Shown here piece after piece: positions 18,700 to 29,387 of a stretch of DNA of 64,000 nt. The notes beneath the pieces were generated by a model that was not told the DNA's origin, made no database searches, and worked only from the letters and a program-made list of their open reading frames with translations. The position numbers were made by a program, and so were the translations under genes. How positions within the stretch are numbered: the first letter of the stretch is position 1; each line of letters starts with the position of its first letter. The stretch comes from a virus (lineage: Duplodnaviria > Heunggongvirae > Uroviricota > Caudoviricetes): the IMG/VR virus record IMGVR_UViG_3300029976_000110; one strand, given 5' to 3'.

Positions 18700-19479
18700 T
18701 TAAAATATTTCAAGAATTTGTCTCAAGAGAAGAGTTTTATCTACTTTATTAACAACATCTCTAGTATCATCAGTAATAGTTTGTGTCCAAGCATTATAGA
18801 TATTGAACATATTAGTACTATCGCCTACTTTTACATAATAAGGAGAATCTTCCTTTTCATATAAAAGTTTATAAGCGTCAATAGCTGCACTCGTGGCTAA
18901 TTTTACTTTGTTTCCTCCTATCAAGGATGCACAACTAAGAGTATTACGAACCCACTTACCTAAATTTTGGTTGATAGCAGTATCGTTATAAGCAACTTCC
19001 ATTGCTTCTAACTGTTTTAGTTTGTTTCCAATATCTAAAACTTTGTTAATCATTGATTCTACACATGAAAAATCAATAGGAGTCTCAGGTTCTAGCTCCT
19101 GAACACACAAATCTGTTGGATTAAAGACGCATAAGTTGGTGCACGCACAGTTAAGGCCCGAAACAAAAATTTTCGATATAGGTTTACGTGTATCAAGACC
19201 ATATACCATTCCAACAACCCGAACATGGTTATTATAACCAATATCATCAGGTAATACTGCTTGAATATACAGTCTATTATATACTATATCATCAAAGTTT
19301 ATATCTCCTTCTCGAGTAAGACTTATCTGGTTTGGAAGAATTGCCTGAATCCTAAAGTCATCTGTATATTTTGAAAGTCTATCTAAGAAAGGTGTTACAT
19401 ATTGTTCTGCGCTGTAATACTCCTTACCTTTTATTTTAGTTGGTTTACCCTTTAGTAGTTCATTAATAGTGATGTCCAT
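18700..19479 (-). CDS. hypothetical protein
   Basis: 259-aa ORF. Confidence 0.35.
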   Translation of the reverse strand: MDITINELLKGKPTKIKGKEYYSAEQYVTPFLDRLSKYTDDFRIQAILPNQISLTREGDINFDDIVYNRLYIQAVLPDDIGYNNHVRVVGMVYGLDTRKPISKIFVSGLNCACTNLCVFNPTDLCVQELEPETPIDFSCVESMINKVLDIGNKLKQLEAMEVAYNDTAINQNLGKWVRNTLSCASLIGGNKVKLATSAAIDAYKLLYEKEDSPYYVKVGDSTNMFNIYNAWTQTITDDTRDVVNKVDKTLLLRQILEIF

Positions 19480-20028
19480 TCCTCTAAACTTTTTTGAGTA
19501 TCGTAAAACTCTATCTCTCTTATATCAACACCATACCAATCATCCCAATCATAATGTTGTGTATAAGCACTCTTCCATTCATTAGCAGTATGCTCCGGAG
19601 CCATTTTTTGGAGTTTATTCCAGTCTATATCAAAGTCATCTGGATAGGCATCATCATAATCCTCAATAACCTGACTAATCTCATCAATAGATATTCCTGT
19701 ATTTTCTTTTTCTGGATCAGCTTCAATAGCTGCTTTTAAAGCATCTGCAATTTCTAAGGTTGAGCATATTCCGACAATATGTTCCCACTTATCTTCATAC
19801 TCTCCTCCATATTCAATTACTGCATATACTTTACTCATTTACAGCTTCATTAGGATTAGCAAGATAAAAATCTAATTCTTTCTTACTTATGCCTTCTAAA
19901 GCCATACATTGTGCCTTACTAAGATATTCTGTACCTTTATAAGTTACAGGCTTACAGTTCTTATTTGGTTTATATACTCCAAATGCGTATTTGTTTTGTC
20001 CTTTTTTCATAGTTCTAAATATTTTCAA
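19452..20028 (-). CDS. two small hypothetical proteins (19452..19838 acidic; 19831..20028)
   Basis: ORFs of 128 and 65 aa. Confidence 0.3.
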
Positions 20029-21550
20029 AAGTTCCTCTTATAAGATTATTTCCTATAAATAAATCATAAGACATTCCATAGGAGTTTCGACTGAAATTCA
20101 TATTACTATAATCTGATGCTCCAAACAGACTTAGAACATTACGATAGTCTAATCTCTTGCAAGAATTAAGTGCATTAGAATGCAAATCACCTTTAACAAA
20201 GTGAATATTAGGTCCATGAATATTATGTTCTTCTAACCACTCGTATAGCATGACCTTAGACTTGTCATCTAAGTTAAGTGGCATTCCTCGCTTCATAAAA
20301 CCGAGATCCTTTCCGTGCATACAAATAAATGTATTACCTTTTTCTTCAAATATTCCATAATATTCTTCCCATAAAGTAGTCTTAATTCCTACAAATTGTG
20401 TTGTGATTGTTGCCATTAAAGCTTTATTACAAAGATATTCAAAATTACCTGCATGATTGCCACAAGGAACAGAATATACTTCTATTTCTTCAGCTATATG
20501 ACTTTTGACAATACTTCCAATAAACCAAAGCATGGTAGTAATAAAAGCATTAGCTTGATCACGAGGATCCATATTTTCAGGTAAGTCGGAATGATCCATC
20601 CTAGCCGTCTTTCCAAAGAAGCCAGCGCAATCTATATTATCACCCATTAACACTAAGGTAATCTTATTAAATGGATTAATTTCAGTAACCTTTTTAAGAA
20701 TTTCAGTTAATCGACGCTTGCACTCATCTGGACCATAGTTTATATTCTCCTTATAAATCGCATCATTACCTACTTTAGCCCCAATATGAAGATCAGATAT
20801 ATAAAGAATAATAGACTTATCTTCTCCTGCTCTATTTCCTTCAATTTTAATTGGATGTAAGTTGTCAGGAACAGTTATAGAGAATTGAGAAATATTTTGT
20901 AGTTGCTTTTTTAGATCAATATTCTCTTGTGCATACTTCTTGAGTAGTTTCTCGTTATTCTTAATTAAATCCTCTTCTGCTTTTCTTAAAAAACTATTCT
21001 CTTTTTCTCTTAGCTGTATTTCTCTCAACTCTTCTTCACTTTTTTCTTCAATATCGTGAGGAGCAAATGGGGCAGATGCTTTAGTGATATTATAAGCTCT
21101 TAATATTCGTTTAAAATCTACAAGGGATAAATCAACGAAATGTCTAGAAATAACTCTTTGAGTAAGAGAATCACCATAATATGAATATAACCGATGAATG
21201 GTACTCATTTCAGATCTAGTTAATTTTCCTACAAGAGGAGCTTTATTTTTACGAAAGATCTGATAACTATAATACTTTATATGTCCATTTTCATCACGAA
21301 TATAAGATATTTCTGCTCTATCATCGGTTTCAACTAAGATTTCTTTATGCCCTACAACCTCATTATACAAATTAAGCAAATGCTTAACTTCATCAGTTTC
21401 ATTATCATGCTGTTTCTTTAAAGACGATATAGCCCCAGTTATATTATTATAGCTAATTCCACCTTCTTTACAGAAAGATTTAAGCTTCTTTCCACTTTTC
21501 TTTACAGCGAGAAGTATATCCGTATATTTTTTTACGGTTGATTGTTTCAT
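20015..21550 (-). CDS. metallophosphoesterase with N-terminal coiled-coil region (SbcD/Mre11-like calcineurin fold)
   Basis: ISDLHIG, LMGDNID, GNHAG. Confidence 0.55.
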   Translation of the reverse strand: MKQSTVKKYTDILLAVKKSGKKLKSFCKEGGISYNNITGAISSLKKQHDNETDEVKHLLNLYNEVVGHKEILVETDDRAEISYIRDENGHIKYYSYQIFRKNKAPLVGKLTRSEMSTIHRLYSYYGDSLTQRVISRHFVDLSLVDFKRILRAYNITKASAPFAPHDIEEKSEEELREIQLREKENSFLRKAEEDLIKNNEKLLKKYAQENIDLKKQLQNISQFSITVPDNLHPIKIEGNRAGEDKSIILYISDLHIGAKVGNDAIYKENINYGPDECKRRLTEILKKVTEINPFNKITLVLMGDNIDCAGFFGKTARMDHSDLPENMDPRDQANAFITTMLWFIGSIVKSHIAEEIEVYSVPCGNHAGNFEYLCNKALMATITTQFVGIKTTLWEEYYGIFEEKGNTFICMHGKDLGFMKRGMPLNLDDKSKVMLYEWLEEHNIHGPNIHFVKGDLHSNALNSCKRLDYRNVLSLFGASDYSNMNFSRNSYGMSYDLFIGNNLIRGTFENI

Positions 21551-21604
21551 TTATTTTTAATTGATTTATTCAATGTTAAGTAAGCTGTTACACTTTATAA
21601 ACAA

Positions 21605-21645
21605 AAAGAGGTGACTAAATTAATAGCCACCTCTCTTACAAGCCT
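21605..21645 (-). terminator. rho-independent terminator (AGAGGUGGC..GUCACCUCU + U-tract on minus strand)
   Basis: Perfect inverted repeat followed by TTTTTG on the minus strand, just 3' of ORF 21660..22214. Confidence 0.5.
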
Positions 21646-21659
21646 TGTTTCTTGAAAAA

Positions 21660-22214
21660 TTATGCTCTTTCTATTCCAAATACTTCATATACACCTACTT
21701 TAGTAGACTTAGAAGGCGTATAAGTTGCTGTAAATGCTACAGGTTCACCCTCAACTACTTGCTTTGTGTATGTGCAAATAAGATTTCCTTTATAATTCTT
21801 ATCAGTATAAAGTTTCTTTGCAATTTCCTTAGCTTTAGCCTTAGTTTCATCAGTATGAGCAATTTCTGAACCTGTTTCCTTGTCAATCAAACTATAAATA
21901 GTCTTATACTTACGAGCACCTTTCTCATTCTTTACATCCTCAATTGTATAAGGACGCTCACGAGTATCTGCAACAGCAGATTCAACTGTAATAGAGAAAC
22001 CTACACCAGTAACATTCTTAGACTTCTTAGCAATATAGTCAAGCATGAATTGCTTTTTGTCAGCGTCAGTAACGCCATTTACTTGTTTCTTCTTCCAGAT
22101 CTTATATGCCTGTGTTGCATCACCCATAATATCAAATGGTGCCTTTGCAAGTGCTTCTTCTTTAGTTGCTCCAGTTACTTCAAGTCTCTTAAAATTCATA
22201 ATTTGTGTACTCAT
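21660..22214 (-). CDS. hypothetical protein
   Basis: 184-aa ORF, Lys-rich. Confidence 0.35.
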   Translation of the reverse strand: MSTQIMNFKRLEVTGATKEEALAKAPFDIMGDATQAYKIWKKKQVNGVTDADKKQFMLDYIAKKSKNVTGVGFSITVESAVADTRERPYTIEDVKNEKGARKYKTIYSLIDKETGSEIAHTDETKAKAKEIAKKLYTDKNYKGNLICTYTKQVVEGEPVAFTATYTPSKSTKVGVYEVFGIERA

Positions 22215-22441
22215 AATTCAATAAAAAGTTTAAAAACATTAATTCATATTAACATCTAACATACAAAATTACTATATCTTATTAAATTCTCAAAATAATC
22301 TGTAAAATTATCTTAAACTTTTTTATCTATACCTCTGTTTCTCAAAGAAGGTACTGCAAATATAATATATTCACTACACTCTCCAAAATAAAAACAAAGA
22401 TTTTTATCTGTTAAACAGTGTTAATTACACAAATTTTCTGA

Positions 22442-22967
22442 TTAGAACGGAAGACTATTTGATAATAGCTCCCGTACTTTTTTAGGAATATCCTTATTAT
22501 TCAATCCAAAAGTTGGAAATTGCTTACATCCATAAGCAAAATCTGAGCATACTACAGATAATCCTCTTATTGTTTCCTCTGGTAAATCATTCCCAACTAT
22601 CTTTTTTATTACTTGATAGCAGGTTACAGTAGGATTTTTCTTGCTGAGGTTAAAAGTTAAGTAACCTATCAAAGAAATAACAGCAAATTTGGAGTTAATA
22701 TCAGTTCCCATATATCCAAGGGAATATGGGCTATAACCCCTTTCTAACTCATCCAAATCTATATCCTTTAGAATAATAGTATGCTACTAATCTTAGTAAG
22801 TATTTGAACTCATTAAACCCTTCCATAAAATCCTTTTTGCTCATAGAAACTACCTTTGTATAGTATTGTGGTATCGTTGATACTACTAAGAAATTCCCTC
22901 TACAAATAGGGTTTTCTATATTGTAGTACTTCTTAGCACAAAGCTGTAATAAGTATGTGTACATCAT
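22442..22967 (-). CDS. two hypothetical proteins (22442..22756; 22749..22967)
   Basis: ORFs of 104 and 72 aa. The second might be a downstream exon of 24233..25078 (see findings). Confidence 0.3.
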
Positions 22968-23056
22968 TTTGTTTCATTAAGCTCGTTAAACTTAATGCTT
23001 GGGGCTGTATGTTACCATACAGATCAGATCATGTCATTATCCTATTAGGATATTTC

Positions 23057-24073
23057 CTATTTCGTTTCACTTGAAACTACGTCTTTCGACTGATCGTTGA
23101 ACATTTTGTGATAAATTTGTTTTACTTTTTGTAAAAATTGATCTTTAGTATAATCTAATTTCATTCGATTACATTGTGGGCAACAGGATACACAATTATC
23201 AATAGTATATCCTTTAGAGGAATCAATTCTATCGATTCCATTTACATATACTAATTTATCAGAAGTTTTCCTTTTTCCTGATTTGTTCCACATATTATCA
23301 GCTGTAGGAGGTTCACCACAATAATAACAGTTTCCATGTATGAGTTTAGAATATTCTTCTAAACTCAATTTAAAAGGTTTCTGTTGTCTAGTAGGATATT
23401 TCTGATTATCTGCAATAATTTTACTAGAGTAATAAGAATACATTCTTTCTTCAATAGGAGCATACATTCCTATTTTAGTCCTTCCAAACGCAGCCTTTTC
23501 AGAATAAGGGTGTTCACAATAATAACAGGTATCTTTTTTATGTTTTTTCATATTAGTTATTAATTGAGATTGTTCCTTTCCACATTTTGTACATCGAACA
23601 ATCCATTCATTACCCTTAACTAGTCTAATTAACTCATAGCAATTACCTATTATTTGTCCAGGTTTATATTTTCTAGATTTGTGAACCTCGGGTTTACAAT
23701 ATTTACAATATTGGGGAGATTCTCGTTTATAATCTAATAATCTAGATCCAGAAATTTCAAACTGCCTATGGCAATTTAAGCATTCTATAAGATATTTGTT
23801 TGTACCTGAACCTAAGTAACCAATTACTTTCAAATTTCCATAAATAGATCCATTTGGGTATGTTTTAGAATTAAAGAGAGCACCACACTCTTTACACTTA
23901 TCTAATTTTTCATATTTATGAATATCTGACCGTACAATTAAAAATTCTGCGCCACATTTAGTACATTTAACTTTCCATCTTTGTGTTTCTGGAAACTCTT
24001 CAATGAGTTCTAGTGGTCCTACAATAAGACCTTTGTAAAATTTTTTATCACAACTTTGCTGCAAATTGTCCAT
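23057..24073 (-). CDS. HNH homing endonuclease with multiple CxxC zinc-finger repeats
   Basis: C-terminal HNH core NGIDRIDSSKGYTIDNCVSCCPQCNRMK, plus repeated CxxC..CxxC pairs in the N-terminal half. Confidence 0.7.
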   Translation of the reverse strand: MDNLQQSCDKKFYKGLIVGPLELIEEFPETQRWKVKCTKCGAEFLIVRSDIHKYEKLDKCKECGALFNSKTYPNGSIYGNLKVIGYLGSGTNKYLIECLNCHRQFEISGSRLLDYKRESPQYCKYCKPEVHKSRKYKPGQIIGNCYELIRLVKGNEWIVRCTKCGKEQSQLITNMKKHKKDTCYYCEHPYSEKAAFGRTKIGMYAPIEERMYSYYSSKIIADNQKYPTRQQKPFKLSLEEYSKLIHGNCYYCGEPPTADNMWNKSGKRKTSDKLVYVNGIDRIDSSKGYTIDNCVSCCPQCNRMKLDYTKDQFLQKVKQIYHKMFNDQSKDVVSSETK

Positions 24074-24232
24074 AACAAATAATTTTAAATTTCTTTTTTT
24101 AATCTTTATTATCTAACTATATACAAATATAATTATATTTTAAGATTAATACAAATAAAAATTTAAAATTTTTATTTTGGAGTTTCTTGCAATTAAGGAA
24201 ATTTTCTGTTAATATTATTACTAACAGGGGCA

Positions 24233-25078
24233 TTAAAGTTCACCCAATTCGCGTCTATAGCAGTACCTGTCTATGCTTCCACCCTTACAATTGAACTCAG
24301 ATAGTATTTTACCTATAGTTTTAATGTCATTGACAACTATAGTATTGGTTTCTTTATCAATTGTATAGTTATCCAGCTTTGATTTTAACCTTAGAACAAA
24401 CGGATCTATATCAGGAACCTCAACTGATACATCAAGGAGTATTGCTTGTTCATTTTCTGATATAGGGTCTTCAAGCAATCCTTTTGGATGTAATAGATTC
24501 TGAATTGCTTTATTCTTTTCTATTGCACTTACACACTGTTGTACTTTATCTCTTCCTCTCGGATCAAGGTAAATAGGAGTACTTGTTAGCGTAGAACTTT
24601 CTTCATACTGCTTTCTGTTTCTCCAATAAGCCCCACATTTTGCAAGAAGCACATCAATTCTATCTTGATTCATCTTTCCCTTATAATAATCTATCTTGTC
24701 AGAAGCGTTTACAATTACTTCCGTTATTAGATTATCGTTTAGAAAGTCCTTATACAACTCATCAGCCATATATCCTGCCTTAGACGTAGGTCTGTCAGCA
24801 CTAGAACACATATGAAACAGCTCTGGCTGCAATATAAGCTCATGAACGGCACTCCCTACGAGTAGACTATCAGAATAGATGTTATGTTTACCTAATCCTT
24901 CAAAGAAGATTTCAGGGCTTCCTTCTTGTTCTGGATTAATTAAAGATAGACGAGAATTGCTGATATATCCTCCATATTTTTCGGAGAAATACTCAGCGTC
25001 GTCTATCTTCTCTAACCTTAAACTATCAAGAATAGGAGTTATTTTAATTTCCTCTAGAGATTCCTTGCTTATAGTCAT
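24233..25078 (-). CDS. hypothetical protein (possible PD-(D/E)xK-type nuclease)
   Basis: 281 aa. Weak D..E.K-like block ILLDVSVEV..NDIKT. Confidence 0.3.
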   Translation of the reverse strand: MTISKESLEEIKITPILDSLRLEKIDDAEYFSEKYGGYISNSRLSLINPEQEGSPEIFFEGLGKHNIYSDSLLVGSAVHELILQPELFHMCSSADRPTSKAGYMADELYKDFLNDNLITEVIVNASDKIDYYKGKMNQDRIDVLLAKCGAYWRNRKQYEESSTLTSTPIYLDPRGRDKVQQCVSAIEKNKAIQNLLHPKGLLEDPISENEQAILLDVSVEVPDIDPFVLRLKSKLDNYTIDKETNTIVVNDIKTIGKILSEFNCKGGSIDRYCYRRELGEL

Positions 25079-25592
25079 TGACTAATTTGTCAAATCCAGC
25101 AATTATTTCTCGCCATATATCAAAAGCCTGTTCAATTTCTTGTAATTGTAAAGTATATATACGACCTACTGGACCCCAATCTTGATTATTTAAAGAGTCC
25201 ATTAAAAGGCATGGAATACCCTTACTGTTTAAGTCAATAAAGTTCTTAATTGAATCATCTACAAAGACATCAACTCTATGTTTAAGCACGTCTGCTTTAC
25301 TTAGATGATAGCCAGGAATTTGATACAATGGACTGTTCAATCCATGCTGTTTTAAATACTTTTTTGTCCATCTTTTATTATTGACTCTGGCACTACAAAA
25401 CAACCTAGGCTCAAAATCTGGAAACCTTATTATAGGTAAATTAAGCCAGAAATCACGTTCTTTAATTAAGATGTGATTTACATTTCGACTGATAGCCCAG
25501 TCACATTTTGGAAAATGTCCAAATCTTTTTAGGTATCCAACGGAGAATGAACAAATAGTGTCATCTACGTCTAAACCCACTCTTAATCTCAT
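25044..25592 (-). CDS. HAD-family phosphatase (5'(3')-deoxyribonucleotidase / polynucleotide 3'-phosphatase-like)
   Basis: Motif I GLDVDDT (DxDxT). Confidence 0.5.
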   Translation of the reverse strand: MRLRVGLDVDDTICSFSVGYLKRFGHFPKCDWAISRNVNHILIKERDFWLNLPIIRFPDFEPRLFCSARVNNKRWTKKYLKQHGLNSPLYQIPGYHLSKADVLKHRVDVFVDDSIKNFIDLNSKGIPCLLMDSLNNQDWGPVGRIYTLQLQEIEQAFDIWREIIAGFDKLVNDYKQGISRGN

Positions 25593-26195
25593 AATTCTTC
25601 AATGTCCGTTATTTTACCAATTAAAATATCCTGTTGATCAAGGTCTGAAATAAATTCATGATACTCTAAGCTGTCAGAATAATCAGAAAACTTATCCATT
25701 ATCTTATCTTGACAATCAGAGTTTGAATTAGCATTAATAACTAAGTTATACACTTCAGACTCATTAATATCACAAACAGGAATAATATACTTATTCATTA
25801 CTTAAATGGTTCTCGTGATAGCACTTTAATAATTTATAAAAGAAATCTACGTCTATAATGGCAACTTGACCCGCACTAATAGTACCTCCTTCTGCAGATT
25901 TTTTCCAAAGAAGTGCAAAATCTCGTGGGTCTGTACACTCACTTCGAATCTTAAAGAAGTTAGGGAATACTCCCAGATGCTTAGCTTGAATAGCTACTTC
26001 TAACTCTCCAGAAGGATCTGCAATATCGACCTTATTTGCATCTAATTTCTTTGACTCGCCCGCAGAGGTACAAACATTTTCATATCCTATCTCTTTGAGT
26101 CTCTTGACTATTTCATACTCCCAGTCTCGGCCCTTAGATTTGGATTTTTTGGCTCTATAGTGCCTAGCAGTATGATCATCTAGCCATTCAAACAA
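25589..26195 (-). CDS. two hypothetical proteins (25589..25798; 25791..26195)
   Basis: ORFs of 69 and 134 aa. Confidence 0.3.
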
Positions 26196-26338
26196 GGTTC
26201 CATCTTTTCCACCAGTTCCAGATTTATTAGCCCTAATTTTAATAGCAGCTACAGAAATTCCTGTTCCTAGTGAAGCCTCTTCTATAGAAGTAAATTCTTT
26301 CTTTTCTCCGTTCTTAAATGTAGCTCTTACTGCTGTAT

Positions 26339-27343
26339 TTAAGTTCTATTTCTTAACCATAAAATGAATTGTTTAATAAAATTTAACGTTTCTTTCCTAC
26401 CAAATTTCTTATAAAAATCAGAAATATCTTTTGCTTCATACTTTTTTGGAATATAAGCATAAGTTAACTCAGGATGTTCATGTCGTATCTTAGCCATATT
26501 GTATAATCCAGGTCGATCATTATCATAGAATACTACTACTCTTTTAAATCTTTTCTTTAATTCTTCCAACATAACGTCAGGAATAAATAAATTCTCAGAA
26601 TTAGGAGCAATAGCAGTAATACCACAAGAATACAGACACATTGTGTCTTTCATAGACTTTGTAATTACGAGTAACTTTCCTTGTTTAGGAAGCTGGTCAT
26701 AACCTTGAATTTTCTTAGCTGGCCAATTAGTTAAGAATCGATATTCCTTTCTCTTAGGAAAATAACATCTCCATAACTCATTACCTTGATACTTCTTACC
26801 ATAATATCCAAAAATTGGACACTGTTGTTGTGATTTAGCACACAAGTTTCCATTTAAAAAAACGTGTTTACAAGAATATACATTAAATTTCTTTAATATA
26901 TCTTCTGTAATTCCATATTTAGCCCACCACTTTAATTCCAACTCTGAAAATGGTTGTATTTCAACTTGGATCTTTGCTGATTCTTTTTCTTCAATTTTAA
27001 TAGGATTTAAATTAATCTTTCCATAATTTCTTCGGAGGTCATTACTTTTTACTATCCCAAAATCATTAGCAATAATGCGAAGAGATTCCCAATAATTACA
27101 GTGATACAGTACTTGTACAACTCCAAATATGTTTAGATATTGTCCAGTAGCAAAATCCTTAAAAATTAACTCACCCTTTCCATTCCTGTATAGACTACAA
27201 GTTGGTAGATGATCCTGCCTTAGTGGACTTCTAAACAGTTTTTTAGAAATTGGAACTCCAAGATAATATTCCATAATTTGCTCTTCAGAAAATTTGGAAA
27301 GAATTAATTTCTTTGTGATTTTAACTGGGAATGTAAAGTCCAT
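26339..27343 (-). CDS. DnaG-like DNA primase (TOPRIM)
   Basis: TOPRIM blocks LLVITKSMKDTMCLY (Glu) and VVVFYDNDRPG (DxD). N-terminal Cys/His zinc-binding-like region. Confidence 0.6.
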   Translation of the reverse strand: MDFTFPVKITKKLILSKFSEEQIMEYYLGVPISKKLFRSPLRQDHLPTCSLYRNGKGELIFKDFATGQYLNIFGVVQVLYHCNYWESLRIIANDFGIVKSNDLRRNYGKINLNPIKIEEKESAKIQVEIQPFSELELKWWAKYGITEDILKKFNVYSCKHVFLNGNLCAKSQQQCPIFGYYGKKYQGNELWRCYFPKRKEYRFLTNWPAKKIQGYDQLPKQGKLLVITKSMKDTMCLYSCGITAIAPNSENLFIPDVMLEELKKRFKRVVVFYDNDRPGLYNMAKIRHEHPELTYAYIPKKYEAKDISDFYKKFGRKETLNFIKQFILWLRNRT

Positions 27344-27417
27344 AATTATAATTTCTAACTAGCAAAGTTAGTAAATTCCAGTTAAAATTCAAAAAGTAAC
27401 TATATTACTTTTTTATA

Positions 27418-28113
27418 TTAAAGCAGACTCTCAAAATCTATATCTTCAGAGCCTGCTGAAACAGTGTCTACACCATTAGCAGCTTCGCTTCCCATAGATG
27501 TTGGTTTAGCGGAAGCATATTCTGCTTTTCTTGTTTCTTCATAAGCAGAGAAGAATAACTTATCCCCAATGAAATTATCACAAGTAAATTTCTCACCTTG
27601 TTTATTGATAGCAACGAATTTAGGAAGAGCTGCTTCTACTGTTCCGTTGCGAGTTCTACCAGCTAATTTCAAATGAGTTTCCTTACCCTTAGCTGCATCA
27701 GTAACTTTGATGAAAGTTTTAACAACATCATCAAAAGATCTAAACTTGGAACTAAGTTCCTGCATCTTCTTAAAACCTTCTGGATTCAATACCTCTGCTA
27801 CTTGAGCAATAAAGGTCATAGTTCTATCAAAAGAAGATGCTCCTTGATATTCGTGACCATCCTTACTGGTATAAGTTGGACGCTTATCATCGCCATCCTT
27901 AGGATAGAATATTGATTCCTCATAATATCCATCCTCTCCCTCAAAACGAACCCTAAGAATGTCATATACGGCACTAGGATCTTTCTTACCTTGTATAGTT
28001 TCCTTTTTAGCACCTGCAAACTTTACAGGATAGATTCCCCATGGTTTCAGTCTTGGTTGTGTGTTAGAGGTTGCTTGTGTTGTCGCTAGTGATCCGAAAT
28101 TAAATTCTGACAT
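27418..28113 (-). CDS. putative single-stranded DNA-binding protein
   Basis: 231 aa. Acidic/hydrophobic C-terminal tail EDIDFESLL. Located between the primase and helicase genes. Confidence 0.3.
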   Translation of the reverse strand: MSEFNFGSLATTQATSNTQPRLKPWGIYPVKFAGAKKETIQGKKDPSAVYDILRVRFEGEDGYYEESIFYPKDGDDKRPTYTSKDGHEYQGASSFDRTMTFIAQVAEVLNPEGFKKMQELSSKFRSFDDVVKTFIKVTDAAKGKETHLKLAGRTRNGTVEAALPKFVAINKQGEKFTCDNFIGDKLFFSAYEETRKAEYASAKPTSMGSEAANGVDTVSAGSEDIDFESLL

Positions 28114-28119
28114 AAATTA

Positions 28120-28695
28120 TTATAAATTAAAGTTAAAAAAGTTTGAGTCTATCTCACTTATCTGTGCATCTTTGTCATCTATTAATTCCTCTAAATTCAA
28201 ATCTACATCTTCTTCATCAAGTTGGATATTTTCATCGCCTTTTTTCTCAATTACTACTATATTATCAGAGGTAAGCATAAATAATCCTTCTTTATTTGGG
28301 TGAGTTACTACCCCAAATTCGTTTCCAAATTTAGATAGCTCTTCCATTTTCTTTCCTCTATAAATAACAGTATTGTTAGAGGATATTTTATTACCTCCAT
28401 GAGTACCAAAAGCTTCATCCGACCCAATTATTGGTGTTATACCGTTTTTAGACTCTTCATACTTAATATCAAGTTTGTCTCCAGCTTCTATCCCCATTAA
28501 TTGAATAGCTGCTGAATTGAGTCTATATTTATTTTCTTCAAGGTATAGAGTAGGTTTGTTACCATCATCTTCTACCTTTTTGGTTTTCTTCTCTTTCATA
28601 GGAGATTTGGAAACAATTTTAGTCTCTAAAATTTCTCCTGTATCAGTGTTGACCGATGCTTCGTACGTAATGGTAAACTGATGCTTAGCTATCAT
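28120..28695 (-). CDS. hypothetical acidic protein
   Basis: 191-aa ORF. Confidence 0.3.
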   Translation of the reverse strand: MIAKHQFTITYEASVNTDTGEILETKIVSKSPMKEKKTKKVEDDGNKPTLYLEENKYRLNSAAIQLMGIEAGDKLDIKYEESKNGITPIIGSDEAFGTHGGNKISSNNTVIYRGKKMEELSKFGNEFGVVTHPNKEGLFMLTSDNIVVIEKKGDENIQLDEEDVDLNLEELIDDKDAQISEIDSNFFNFNL

Positions 28696-29387
28696 TAGTC
28701 TTCTTCGTTATATGCAGCAATACGATCAATTACCATCTGCAAATCATTATCAATATATATCTCATCAAATAATCCCATAGGAGACTTAGCAGTGCAAGTT
28801 CCATCGGAATTAGTGATAAATTTATAGGCTGCATTACCATCGTCATCTCTCTGTATTACAGTAAAGAAAACATAAGTAAACAGACCTTCCAAAGTTATAA
28901 CAGAATTCAACATCTTGCCTAATGTCTTCATCTTATACATAGGTGTAACATTGTCTCCAATATTCTCACTATGGGTAAGTATAACAACATTAAGATCGTC
29001 ACGCATATTCATCGCAGATTTAAGTACCTGATAGGCATGCTGTGCGATATCCGTGAATTTATCGTAGCTCTTCTCCTTCGCTCGGTCCATGGCCTCGAAA
29101 CCCATCACATATTGATAATCATCGATAACTACAGTGGTTATTTCAGGCATCTTCTTATCTACAATCTGTAAAATCTTACCTATTTGATCAACGTTTGCAG
29201 AAGTATAGAAATTACCCTCAAGTTTACCATCTTTGATAGTAAAATTAGGATATTTTCTTACTGCACCTTTTATCCCAGGCCGCTTTCCTGTTGTGGAAAT
29301 AATAAAAGTTTTATCGGGATTTAAATTACGAACACTTGTTGTTTTTCCACTACCTGATTCTCCAACTACTGCTAATAATTCAGCCAT
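28695..29387 (-). CDS. P-loop ATPase (RecA-fold, Sak4-like / replication-recombination ATPase)
   Basis: Walker A GESGSGKTT at the N-terminus, ~230 aa. Confidence 0.5.
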   Translation of the reverse strand: MAELLAVVGESGSGKTTSVRNLNPDKTFIISTTGKRPGIKGAVRKYPNFTIKDGKLEGNFYTSANVDQIGKILQIVDKKMPEITTVVIDDYQYVMGFEAMDRAKEKSYDKFTDIAQHAYQVLKSAMNMRDDLNVVILTHSENIGDNVTPMYKMKTLGKMLNSVITLEGLFTYVFFTVIQRDDDGNAAYKFITNSDGTCTAKSPMGLFDEIYIDNDLQMVIDRIAAYNEED

